This document shows positions 1 through 11,964 of a DNA stretch of 56,600 bases, one piece after another (position 1 is the stretch's first letter; the number at the start of each line of letters is the position of its first letter). Location of the stretch: contig NC_068995.1 in NCBI RefSeq assembly GCF_001194135.2, forward strand, positions 27,005,249 through 27,061,848. Reading direction: 5' to 3'. This DNA comes from Octopus bimaculoides. Its lineage: Eukaryota. The notes under the pieces were generated by a model that worked only from the letters and a program-made list of their open reading frames with translations, was not told the DNA's origin and searched no databases. Position numbers and translations under genes: made by a program.

Positions 1-115
1 AGAATAGTCAAGCAGATTTAGTAACTAATTAAAACTACCAGGTTTCAAATCCAACGTAAGCTATGATAAATAAATACTAACCATTGTATCCATATTTTTA
101 TTATTATTTTTATAT

Positions 116-1431
116 CTATATTTTTGTCCTTTTATTTTTATTTCTATCATTACTATTATTATCACCATTACTACCATTATTACCACTACTAATACTATTA
201 TTTTTGTTCTTATTTTTATTTTTATATAGTTTTAGGAAGGTGGAGGAAAATTTATGATTTGATATTCTAATCAAAATGCCCGTAACAATACTATCTATTG
301 TAGATCTTAGATGATTTGATGAGACGTTTAAATATGACACAGATTTATTAGGCTTACGGAATGGGCAAAATAGACCCGTATCCAGGTACAATGTCACGTC
401 CAGGAAATATATTTTCCTGGAGTTAATATCAAATATAATATCTAGGTTGAAGAAGTCCTTAAGGAAACACCTCAGGAACTTCCTCAACCTATTTAAAACA
501 GATTTAGATCTACCCCTTATTGCAAAAAGGGCATCATCCCTATATAGTCCACCAGTAAGAAGGGGAAAACTGGCCTTAATTTGCGACAGGAGGTATGGTC
601 CGACTATGTCCGTTACCTGTGCGGAATCCGATGACCCCATAGTAATATAAAAAAAAAACCTGTTGAGTCCACCCTTTGCCATTCAACTTCGTTGTATGAT
701 ATAAGGGTCTCCCTAGCAGCTAAGATAATGTCAATGTCCGTGCTTGATAAATCAACAAATTTGCGGGCAAAAATCAAGGCCTTATTTAATAGTATGGGGA
801 TATCGAGTTATAGTAATTCGAAATATCAAATTGTAGGAAGCTAAGAGATATTTTATCCCTAAGGGAATCAAACCAAATAATGACATCCCCCATAAAACTC
901 CATAATGGGAGTTGAACCTTGCCTCTTATAACAGGAATAATACGGTCGATTACCGATTTGCTAATTCGGCCCAAATCCGATTTGGTCGGACATATTAATC
1001 TAATCGATGAGTTTGACAAAAGGTCAAGTTTATGGTCCTTTAAAAGAGCATGTGGGGTTTTAGGAGTATAAGGCTGAGTTCTATCCAATAAGCCTAAATT
1101 TGATATGATCTCTAATTGGTTCTCATTAATGCTATCTAACGCATCCTTTTTAGCATGCTTGTATCCGGAATTCAATTCCTTCATTATCAGTTTATCATAA
1201 AGTTCAGGTGGTACTGATATTACCAGTTTTATCCGATAGTACATGCAGATTTGGAGAGGATCTCATCTCCGATATTTTATCAGATAGCAATTTCTGGAAT
1301 TGATTCGTATAGCTAGAGAACTTCAATTTCTTAATCATATTCAGCAAGTCACGCTCGAACTTAGTGATATCGGGGTTAGATGGTGGGTTCCTATAGGATT
1401 TGAGGTTGTAGGAATTTCTCAAATCATACAC
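116..1431 (-). mobile_element. Penelope-like retroelement RT remnant (Hydra-clade-like), frameshifted
   Basis: Three successive minus ORFs give PLE RT motifs: LKDHK, RLICPTKSDLGRISK, FLQFDISNYYNSIS, YRDDAL, FLDVTL, FRKPN, YLNVSSNH. Same motif order as the element at 51.9-53.6 kb. The 3' side runs into an (AAT)-rich tract. Confidence 0.85.
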
Positions 1432-1796
1432 AATAAAATGGGGTATTTCCCTTGAGTGTTTAAAAAAAAATATTGTGCAGGTGGTATCGGGTTATTTCCC
1501 TTGTGTGTTTAAAAAAAATTAGTTACATGAGGAAGATATAAAGGTCCCCTCCAGGGACCGTATTATCGATTTTTTCAACAATCTAAGTATGTCACGAAGT
1601 TTCCAGACATAAGATCTACTCACGTATCAAGTTTCATCAAAATCAATAAAACGATGTAGGAGGAGTTAGATAACAACGCCACAAACAAACACACACTGAT
1701 TTTCCACATATGTAGTAGATAGGTATATATATATGTTTGCATACATCCACACATGAATGTTCATATCTACATATACATACATACACACACATATAT

Positions 1797-2205
1797 AGGT
1801 GCAGGCATGGCAGTATGGTAAGACGTTTGCTTCCCAAACACATGGTTCCAGGTTAAGTCCCAGTGTGTAACATCTTGGGTAAGTGTCTTCTACCATAGCC
1901 AAAGGCCAATCAATACCTTATGAGTGGATCTGGTAGATGGAAACTGAAAGGAGCCCATTATATATATGTGTGTATGTGTATCTCCTTATCTTGACATTGC
2001 CTGGTTAGATGTAAATGAGTGTCATTTTCATACAAACAGTGCTAGTCATTTCCAATGTACTAGGACAACATGTCTGGCCATGAAGAAATATTACCTTACT
2101 TGGAAATAGGTGAGAGTTGGTGACAAGAAGGGCATCCAGCCATAGAGAATCTGCCTCAAGTAAACATAGGCTGACCCATGCAAGCATGGAAAAAGGAACA
2201 GTAAA
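1797..2205 (+). mobile_element. tRNA-derived SINE with RTE-derived 3' tail
   Basis: A/B-box-like head (tggcagtatgg ... ggttaagtcc), central core 'gtaagtgtcttctaccatagcc...gatggaaactgaaag', and tail 'gaagggcatccagc...cccatgcaagcatggaaa' matching the RTE 3' end at 27.63-27.74 kb. Confidence 0.75.
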
Positions 2206-3065
2206 TCATCATCGTTTAATGTCCGCTTTCCATGCTGGCATGGGTTGGACAGTTTGACTGAGGACTGGCAAGCCAGGAGGTTGCACCAGGCTCCAATCTG
2301 ATCTGGCAAGGTTTCTACAGTTGGATGCCCTTCCTAATGCCAACCACTCCATGAGTGTAGTGGGTGCTTTTTACAATGTCACCAGCATGGGGGCCAGTTA
2401 GGCAACACTGGCATTGACCGCGCTCAAATAGTGCTTTTTATGTGCCACCGGCATGGGACCAGTTAGGCAGCAGTGGCATTGACCATGCTCATATGGTGCT
2501 TTTCACATGCCACTGGCACAGGAGCCAGTCTGATGGGACTAGCATCGACCGTGCTTGAACTGTGATTTTTACGTGCCACCAGAATGGGTGCCTGTCAGGA
2601 GGTACTGGCATCGGCCACAACAATGATTTCACTTGACTCAACAGGTCTTCTCAAGCACCGTCTATTGCCCGATGATTGAAGGGTACTCTTAAATGGGCTG
2701 GCTATGCAACACTAGCATAGGCCACGGCTATGGTTTCACTTGGCTTGCTGGGTCTTCTCAAGCACAGCATATCGCCAAAGGTCTTGGTCACTTGTCATTG
2801 CCTCCATGAAGCCCAACGTTCGAAGGTTGTGCTTCACCACCTCATCCCAGGTCTTCCTGGGTCTACCTCTTCCACAGGTTCCCTCCACTGTTAGGGTGTG
2901 ACACTTTTTCACACCACTGTCCTCATCCATGCGTAACACATGACCATACCAGTGGAGTCGTCTCTCTTGCACACCATATCTGATGCTTCCTATGTCCGAC
3001 TTTTCTCTCAGGATGCTTACACTCCGTTGTGTGTGCACACTGACATTACACATCCAGTGGAATAT
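2206..3065 (-). mobile_element. 5'-truncated RTE LINE (RT C-terminus, 3'UTR and (GAT)n tail)
   Basis: ORF 2736-3134 contains WMCNVS, RRLHWYGHVLRM and GRGRPRKTW; 3'UTR and tail read catcatcgtttaatgtccgctttccatg on the + strand. Confidence 0.9.
2393..2612. repeat. ~65-66 bp minisatellite (about 4 units) in RTE 3'UTR
   Basis: Unit starts at about 2393, 2458, 2524 and 2590, each 'ccagt.aggc..tactggcat.gacc..gctc...tgcttttt..gtgccac'. Confidence 0.7.
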
Positions 3066-3390
3066 TACTAGTAAATGATGTTGATATATTTGATATGCAT
3101 TAAACGGCATTGAATGGAATATAGATATGTACAATCATATTCAACATGTATGTGTACACTTGAACATAGAAAGATATAAACTGCAGAAATTGTTCTGAGA
3201 GAAAAAAACTGTCCTGATAGATATGTGTAGAAAACATATACCAATGACTTCATTGAATTGTAGGATGCATATATTTCTGCATTGTTACATGTTGTCATCT
3301 ACATATACTGAGTCAGCGTTCATAGCCACTATGATCTTGTTATGTTAGAACAAGCAAATATTGATTTTCAGTAGCATTGAATGAAATATA

Positions 3391-4694
3391 TGAGAGTGGG
3401 TGAAAAGTTCATAGGCTGACTATGAAGGACTGATGCCATAGCTGTGAAACCTTGCATGCTTTAACTTCAAAATCTTTTTATTAATAACAGCATTGTTTCT
3501 TTCCAGGTTAATTAACGACTGTTTAAAGAAGGCTTCAAAAGTAACTGGCAGTGACTTCTTTTGAAAATGGACAAAATTTGGCATCATGATGTTGTGAAAT
3601 ACCTGTACAAAAAGGCTTTGGCCACCAAGAACATTCATGCAGATATGGTCACTAAACTGGGGATGATGCCCCATATTTATCAACAGTGCAAAACTGGGCA
3701 GCTGCATTCGGGAGAGGAAGGGAGAGTCTTGAAATAGACCCAATGTCTGGACGTCCTGCAACTGTCACTGTTAAGAAAAACATTCATGTTCACCAGATAG
3801 TAATGGATGACAGGCAATTGACTATTAGTTAAATAGCTAATGCTATTAGCATATCCCATGAGAAAGTTGAGAATACTGTACACAATGACCATGACACAAT
3901 GAAGGTTTCTGCTCAGTGGGTGCCATATCTTGTGATACCTGATCAAAAGTGCACCAGGCTGATTACATCAAGAGCAAATCTAACATTGTTTCAGGAAGAT
4001 CCAGCTGGTTTCCTTGAACATTTCCTAACCCAGGACGAGTGTTGGCTTCATCACTTTGAGCCAGAGACAAAAAGACAATGCATGAAGTAGAAACACCCCT
4101 CCTCACCTGCTTCAAAGAAGGCCAAAGTCATTTCATCTGCTGAGAAGATGATGATCTCAGTATTTTGGGATGCAAAAAGCATTGTGTTTATTAGCTATCT
4201 TCAAAAAGGTTACACCATCAATGAAGAGTATTACGCTAAGTTGCTGAGGCAGTTATGAAAGGCCATCAAGATCAAATGCCCAGGAAAACTGATGAAAGAA
4301 GTCTTGTTTAATCAGGACAATGCTCTAGCACATAAGTCCTTGCTTTCAATGGCTGTTTTGTGTGACTGTGGCTTTGAACTGGTTTCCTTGAACATTTCCT
4401 AACCCAGGACGAGTGTTGGCTTCATCACTTTGAGCCAGAGACAAAAAGACAATGCATGAAGTAGAAACACCCCTCCTCACCTGCTTCAAAGAAGGCCAAA
4501 GTCACTTGGCTGGGAACCAGTATTGCAATGATAATGACATCATATCTGCTGTTGATAACTTTTTGGGTCAACAGGATGAAAGCTTCTTTGCCAATGGGAT
4601 CCAAGCACTCAACACCAATGCAAGGGGGACTATGTTGAAAAATAAACCTCATTTGGTCACATTCCATGAGAATATCTTGGTCAGCCAACCCTTG
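3391..4694 (+). mobile_element. mariner DNA transposon, decayed
   Basis: Left TIR tgagagtgggtgaaaagttcataggctgac after TA; partly deleted right TIR ggtcagccaacccttg followed by TA. Motifs SAQWVP, TQDECWLHHFEPE, QDNA; the YSPDL region is replaced by an internal duplication. Confidence 0.9.
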
Positions 4695-4899
4695 TATTGT
4701 AGAGAGAGAGAGGTGGTTTTATACCTAGTGTTGAGAGGCAGAAACAGGTGTTTTTTGTAGAGGAGATACATGGCTACTCTGCATTTTATTAATGTAGGTG
4801 AAAAGAGAGACAAGGTGATGGTGAGAAGGTGTCAAAAGGTAGGGAGGGTGGTGGATAAGTTCATAAGAGTGTCAGAAGAAAGTGACAAATGCTTAGAAA

Positions 4900-5500
4900 A
4901 GTGGGTAGAGGTGAATGTAGTGAATTTTAAAATATGATGAATCCTCAAAAAGGTTGGTACAAGTTCTGCAGTTAGAATGGCTACAATTTTTAACCACTGG
5001 AGTTGGTAGATTGGACCGATAGAGTTTTTTCAGGCACTTTAGTTGTCTTTTGCATTTAATTATTTTGTATGATTTGAGTGTCTTTTTTATTCTTGGGTTT
5101 TGGTCCAATACTATTATGTTCTGATGGATAATGCTAAACGTTTCTGTATTTTTTGGGCTGTCTATTGTGATTAAAGACAGAGTTTTAAATGCATCTGAAT
5201 TGGTTTTGGTCTTCTGTAATTCTTTAATGTCTACTGCTTTGGCATGTTCTATTCCATTCTCTATTAGAGTAGATATCTACTTTCTTTCAAGTAGTCCCTT
5301 TTTTTAATTCCAGAAGTCTTTTATTCTGAATTTCTGGATTGGAGATAATTGTTTAGAATTCTTCTAGCAAGGTTAAATGGAATATTTGTTTTGGTATGTT
5401 GTCTGGAAACCAACCATCAGACAACCATAAGAAGAATTTTTTCTCTGCAACAATAGAGTCAGTCTTTTTATATGAAGCAACAGCTTGGATGCTTTCCAAA
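4900..5500 (-). mobile_element. Penelope-like element fragment (Naiad-like thumb/linker)
   Basis: Minus translation gives NIPFNLARRI, KRLLELK, IENGIEHAK, KRQLKCLKK (RQPxNLK-like) and KNCSHSNCRTC. Confidence 0.65.
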
Positions 5501-6109
5501 AAAAAAATGGACTCCAAGCTAGTTGAAACTTACAATTGAATGTTAATAGCAATGTTAAAGCTATCTCGGAGAACTTATCCCACCACTATCATTATAAAGG
5601 AAAGGCATGTGTGCTTTGTGGGACATTGCTGGTGAGCTAAATAAGAGTTAGCAAGTGATCTACTGATATGGATACCAAAGCATGACTGTACACAAGTAAG
5701 TCATCTGAACACAATATGTATTGAAGAATTCAGTAGAGACACATAATTCCTCCATGAAGACCTCCCTCATCTAATGTAAGACTAAGATGGATGGTGTACG
5801 TAGGTTAAAAATGTTCAAGCAACCTTGATCAGATGACGATATATATACACACATATGTATATACATACATAAAATATGTATACAGAATACATATAGAATA
5901 CACACACACACACATTGATTAAAGAGAATCAATTAAGATTGAGGCATATCAAAATGATGCACACTGAATCAATGGCTGAACAGTAAAACATGAATCAACA
6001 AGTAAACAATCCAAAGAGTCCACCTCTGTTTGGTAACCTGCAACTGCAAGAGTATCCAAAGTTGAAGAGAACTTCAGGTGGGTGTAAAATATATATAAAA
6101 TTTTATTAA

Positions 6110-6445
6110 TAGGTGCAGACGTGGCTGTGTGGTCAGAAGTGTGCTTCAAAACCACATGGTTTCGAGTTATTCCACAACTTGGAAACTTTGGCAAGTGTCT
6201 TCTACAATAGCCCTGGGCTGAACAAAGCTTTGTGGATTTAGCAGACAGAAACTGAAATACATGTATATCTATGGGCATGTGTCTTTGTGTATATGTTTGT
6301 TCCCCACAAATGATTGACAACCAGTGTTGGTTTGGCAAAAGAGATAGAATAAGTACCAGGCTTAAAAAAGAAAAAAAGTACTGGGGTCAATTTGTTCGAC
6401 TAAATCTTTCAAGGACACAATTGTGACTGAAACAAGTAAAAGATA
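6110..6445 (+). mobile_element. tRNA-derived SINE (second tail type)
   Basis: Head aggtgcagacgtggctgtgtgg, core gcaagtgtcttctac, tail gaataagtaccaggc...tgactgaaacaagtaaaaga (also seen at 13.8-14.0 kb). Confidence 0.7.
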
Positions 6446-6594
6446 CCGGGAGTTTGAGTGGTTAAATTTCATAAATTTATTTATATGCTTATTTTTCAGG
6501 AACAGCTTGATATATTGGTAAACAGTCAACAGTCTTGGTGAGCATAAAGATTAAATTGTAGTAGAGGAAAAGTTAGCAGATAAGGAGGACCAAA

Positions 6595-6730
6595 AGCCAT
6601 TTGAATATTGGAAAAGAGTTGCCTCTATCATGATGATTCACACTAGGTATCAAAATGCCAACATCATGACAGCTATTCAATGCTCTGTGAGCACTGTAAA
6701 GGCTATAAGACATGACATGAACAGCTGCAC
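6595..6730 (+). mobile_element. possible Tc1/mariner N-terminal HTH remnant
   Basis: Translates to PFEYWKRVASIMMIHTRYQNANIMTAIQCSVSTVKAIR, resembling the N-terminus (PEIWKRHAVLLGIH) of the maT element at 15 kb. Confidence 0.3.
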
Positions 6731-7590
6731 TCAGTGAAACTCGTCTTGCAGGATCATCACAGTTAGAAGAAATAAAATTTAATTTTAAGCTTAAGCTTCA
6801 CCAAGGTTTATTTTTATTTTGACTCATGTATTTAATTAAATGTTACATCAATTTAATGTACAATTTCCTTATTTTACATTTTAATGCACAATTTTAAAAT
6901 TGTTCCTGAAAATTGTTAAAATTGTTTTTTAAAATACGTTTTGATGTAGATATGTCTCTATATATTTATGTGTAAGTATGTATTGTAGGTAAGTATATGT
7001 ATGTGTGTGTATATATATGTATATATACATATTTAAATGTGTATGTATATGTGTGTATACTTTTATATATGTGAGCATGTATTTGCATACATATTTTTGT
7101 ACATCTGTTTGTGTATCCATATGTGTGTATATCTGTATGTATATTTAATACTTATGTAGATATACATGTAATTTTATGTGTGCGTTTTTATGTTGTGCAA
7201 GCTATATGAAGTATCCAAACATTATTGGCTACTTTCGAGCATCATATGTAGCACTCTCTGCCCCTATCTATCTTTTCCGCTTTCTCTCGCTAGTTCTCTG
7301 TTTCTCTTTCTTTTATTTTCTCCACTGTTTTCTTCCTGCTCCGCAAACTTAATATTTTCTGATTTTTCCTTCTTTTTTTCCTCTGTAACAACTAATTGGC
7401 ATAAGCATACGCCAAGAGATTTTATGCACATATATGTGTGTGTGTATAAGTTATGAGCGATAGTGGTGTCAATTACACCCAGAGGTTTCAGGTAATGCTG
7501 AGTAAGTGCTATGGGTAGACCACAGTTAAACTCCAGGTTCGGTAGTTATGCGAATAAGGGGTCCAACGTAGGTCATAAATCAGCGTGTGA

Positions 7591-7716
7591 ATATAGGATA
7601 TACTTTTTATAATGAGATAAAAAACCAAGGCTGAGTATAATATAGAACATTTATAAATGTTCTATATTATACTCAGCCTTGGTTTTTTATCTCATTACGA
7701 AAAGTATATCCTATAT
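7591..7716. repeat. 126-bp near-perfect palindrome
   Basis: Two 63-bp arms meeting at aacattta|taaatgtt with no spacer; 2 adjacent mismatches (TA versus CG). Confidence 0.9.
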
Positions 7717-10632
7717 CATCATCATCATCATCATCATTGTTTAATGTCTGCTTTCCATGCTAGCATGGGTTGGACAATTTGACTGAGGACTGGTGAAACC
7801 GAATGGCAACACCAGACTCCAATCTGATTTGGCAGAGTTTCTACAGCTGGATGCCCTTCCTAATGCCAACCACTCAGAGAGTGTAGTGGGTGCTTTTACG
7901 TGTCACCCGCATGAAGGCCAGTCAGGCGGTACTGGCAACAGTCACGCTCANNNNNNNNNNNNNNNNNNNNNNNNNNNNNNNNNNNNNNNNNNNNNNNNNN
8001 NNNNNNNNNNNNNNNNNNNNNNNNNNNNNNNNNNNNNNNNNNNNNNNNNNNNNNNNNNNNNNNNNNNNNNNNNNNNNNNNNNNNNNNNNNNNNNNNNNNN
8101 NNNNNNNNNNNNNNNNNNNNNNNNNNNNNNNNNNNNNNNNNNNNNNNNNNNNNNNNNNNNNNNNNNNNNNNNNNNNNNNNNNNNNNNNNNNNNNNNNNNN
8201 NNNNNNNNNNNNNNNNNNNNNNNNNNNNNNNNNNNNNNNNNNNNNNNNNNNNNNNNCCCGCACAAGAGCCAGTCCAGGGACACTGGCAACGATCTCACTC
8301 GAAAATCCTATGAAGGCCAGTCAGGCAGTACTGGCAACGGCCACGCTCAAAATGGTGTATTTTATGTGCCACGTGCACAAGACCCAGTCCAGGGGCACTG
8401 GCAACGATCTCACTCGAAAATCCTTACACATGTCACGGGCACAAGTGCCAGAAAGGCGACGCTGGGCACAGGTGCTATCCTGATTTCGCTTTCGCTTGCC
8501 CCAATAAGTCTTCACAAGTTGAGTTTCATGTCCAATGAAGCAGACGACGTTGGCACAGGTGCCAGTCGTCGAATTTAGTTCGATTTCACTTGCCTCAACA
8601 AGTCTTTGCAAGCGGAGATTAGTGTCCAATGTAGGAAAGGTACACATAAGTGGGCTAGCTACACCCCTGGCAGAGGCTTTGGATTTAGGTCTCACTTGGC
8701 TTGCCAGGTCTTCTCACACACAGTACATTTCCAAAGGTCTCAGTCAGAAGTCATCGCCTCGGTGAGGCCCAATGCTCGAAGGTATTGCCTCACCACCTCA
8801 GCCCAGGTCTTCCTGGGCCTACCTCTTCCACGGGTTCCCTCAACCGCTAGGGTGTGGCACTTTTTCACGCAGCTATCCTCGTCCATTCTCACCACATGTC
8901 CATACCAGCACAATTGTCTCTCTTGCATACCACAACTGATGCTTCTTATGTTCAGCTTTTCTCTCAAGATACTTACACTCTGTCGGGTATGCACACTGAC
9001 ATTACACATCCAGCGGAGCATACTGGCTTCATTCCTTGCGANNNNNNNNNNNNNNNNNNNNNNNNNNNNNNNNNNNNNNNNNNNNNNNNNNNNNNNNNNN
9101 NNNNNNNNNNNNNNNNNNNNNNNNNNNNNNNNNNNNNNNNNNNNNNNNNNNNNNNNNNNNNNNNNNNNNNNNNNNNNNNNNNNNNNNNNNNNNNNNNNNN
9201 NNNNNNNNNNNNNNNNNNNNNNNNNNNNNNNNNNNNNNNNNNNNNNNNNNNNNNNNNNNNNNNNNNNNNNNNNNNNNNNNNNNNNNNNNNNNNNNNNNNN
9301 NNNNNNNNNNNNNNNNNNNNNNNNNNNNNNNNNNNNNNNNNNNNNNNNNNNNNNNNNNNNNNNNNNNNNNNNNNNNNNNNNNNNNNNNNNNNNNNNNNNN
9401 NNNNNNNNNNNNNNNNNNNNNNNNNNNNNNNNNNNNNNNNNNNNNNNNNNNNNNNNNNNNNNNNNNNNNNNNNNNNNNNNNNNNNNNNNNNNNNNNNNNN
9501 NNNNNNNNNNNNNNNNNNNNNNNNNNNNNNNNNNNNNNNNNNNNNNNNNNNNNNNNNNNNNNNNNNNNNNNNNNNNNNNNNNNNNNNNNNNNNNNNNNNN
9601 NNNNNNNNNNNNNNNNNNNNNNNNNNNNNNNNNNNNNNNNNNNNNNNNNNNNNNNNNNNNNNNNNNNNNNNNNNNNNNNNNNNNNNNNNNNNNNNNNNNN
9701 NNNNNNNNNNNNNNNNNNNNNNNNNNNNNNNNNNNNNNNNNNNNNNNNNNNNNNNNNNNNNNNNNNNNNNNNNNNNNNNNNNNNNNNNNNNNNNNNNNNN
9801 NNNNNNNNNNNNNNNNNNNNNNNNNNNNNNNNNNNNNNNNNNNNNNNNNNNNNNNNNNNNNNNNNNNNNNNNNNNNNNNNNNNNNNNNNNNNNNNNNNNN
9901 NNNNNNNNNNNNNNNNNNNNNNNNNNNNNNNNNNNNNNNNNNNNNNNNNNNNNNNNNNNNNNNNNNNNNNNNNNNNNNNNNNNNNNNNNNNNNNNNNNNN
10001 NNNNNNNNNNNNNNNNNNNNNNNNNNNNNNNNNNNNNNNNNATGAACCCAAACTGCATCTCATCTAAACTGACTCTCTCCCTAATTAGTTGGGCTATGAC
10101 CCTCTCCGTAACTTTCATAACCTGATCTAACAGCTTGATGCCTCTGTAATTATTTGTATCTAAAGTGTCACCTTTACCTTTGTAGCAGTTGACTATGGTG
10201 CTGCTACACTAGTCATTGGGTATGACTCCTTCATGTATCACCTGGTTTGTAATATGGGTGACTAGGCTATAGCCGACACTGCCAGATATTTTGAACATCT
10301 CTGCAGTGATACCTGATGGGCCGGGGGCTTTCCCTGTCTTCATACTCTTAATTGCTTTATCTACCATGGTACTGTCAACTTGGATAGCTGGTTCCTCTGT
10401 TGGGTCGATATACGGCAGACTCTCTTTCTCCCATTCATTCTCTTTATTAAGCAATCTATCGTAGTGGCATCTCCAGACCTCTTTCTTTGCAGCCTCATTT
10501 AGTGCAAGCGTACCATCATCCATGCGAACACATTTCTCTCCCACGACATCACTATTCTCTCTCCTACACTGTCTTGCAACACGAAATACCTCAAGTCTTT
10601 GGTCGTCACGGCGCAGAACATTGGCAAATCTT
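7717..10632 (-). mobile_element. RTE LINE, 5'-truncated, gapped
   Basis: (CAT)n tail at 7717, 3'UTR with minisatellite, ORF pieces GRGRPRKTW, WMCNVS, QLIRERVSLDEMQFGF, KAPGPSGIT; closely similar to the copy at 23.8-27.8 kb. Confidence 0.9.
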
Positions 10633-10673
10633 GGAAAGCGGACGTTAAACGATGTTGATGATGATGATGATGA

Positions 10674-10676
<3 letters not shown>
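10633..10676 (+). mobile_element. isolated RTE 3' terminus (20 nt plus (GAT)n), inverted relative to the adjacent LINE
   Basis: ggaaagcggacgttaaacgatgttgatgatgatg is fused directly to the truncation point of the minus RTE. Confidence 0.8.
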
Positions 10677-10737
<61 letters not shown>

Positions 10738-11332
10738 GCATTTGTATATATATTTATGTCTTATCTATATATGTCTGTATATGTATGTACATGCGTCTGT
10801 ATGTTTTAGTGTATATATGTATATTACAGATGGTTTGGTATGTGCATATACTGCTAAATGTATATGTAAACCAATGTGAAAATTTTTTTTAAATGGATAT
10901 AACTTTTAATGTATTAATTGATTAATATTTTACAAATAATTATTTACCCTAGGTATTTAGACTCTGTCCTTTATAAGCTATTTTTGATTTAAGGTTTTCT
11001 TCGATTTTATAAGATGATTTTATACTGAATTTTGTTCATTGCATGCAACTGGTCATTTTAAAGACTGTTAGTTGAAAGGACCAATGAAACAAAACCATTT
11101 TTAAATGTGTATCCATTAAACTAATTGTATATGTTTGTTTATAACCTTATTTTTGTTCCATTCTAAACAAAACTGTCCAATGAACAGGAAGTGAAACTTT
11201 TGAGTAACAGTTTTAGTGACATTTTTGCTGCTTTTTAAGAAAGCATATTACTCTACCTCAGGTATTCGAGTACTATTCTTTTCTACCTTGTTTCACATTT
11301 ATGTTCTTATTCTGGTGTGTATATATATATAT

Positions 11333-11915
11333 CATCATCATCATCATCATCGTTTAACGTCCGCTTTAAATGCTAGCATGGGTTGGACGATTTGACTGAG
11401 GACTGGTGAAACCGGATGGCAACACCAGGCTCCAGTCTGATTTGGCAGAGTTTCTACAGCTGGATGCCCTTCCTAACGCCAACCACTCAGAGAGTGTAGT
11501 GGGTGCTTTTACGTGTCACCCGCACGAAAATGGCCACGCTCGAAATGGTGTCTTTTATGTGCCACCCGCACAAGCCAGTCCAGGGGCACTGGCAACGATC
11601 TNNNNNNNNNNNNNNNNNNNNNNNNNNNNNNNNNNNNNNNNNNNNNNNNNNNNNNNNNNNNNNNNNNNNNNNNNNNNNNNNNNNNNNNNNNNNNNNNNNN
11701 NNNNNNNNNNNNNNNNNNNNNNNNNNNNNNNNNNNNNNNNNNNNNNNNNNNNNNNNNNNNNNNNNNNNNNNNNNNNNNNNNNNNNNNNNNNNNNNNNNNN
11801 NNNNNNNNNNNNNNNNNNNNNNNNNNNNNNNCAAGAACCAGTCCAGGGGCACTGGCAACGATCTTACTTGGCTTGCCGGGTCTTCTCACGCACAGCACAT
11901 TTCCAAAGGTCTCGG

Positions 11916-11919
<4 letters not shown>
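11333..11919 (-). mobile_element. short RTE 3' fragment within (AT)n
   Basis: (CAT)n tail, 3'UTR and last codons of the ORF; (AT)n on both sides; gap over the minisatellite. Confidence 0.85.

Positions 11920-11964
<45 letters not shown>

Noticed and set aside
7793-10125. Long ORFs of 200-480 aa in the track (also at 23.2, 25.6, 27.0 and 35.2 kb)
   Set aside because: They are open only because they cross N-runs.
10499-10892. His/Tyr-Ile-rich ORFs (also at 16.0, 41.9, 49.1 and 55.1 kb)
   Set aside because: Translations of (AT)n, (CAT)n, (CA)n and (GA)n microsatellites.
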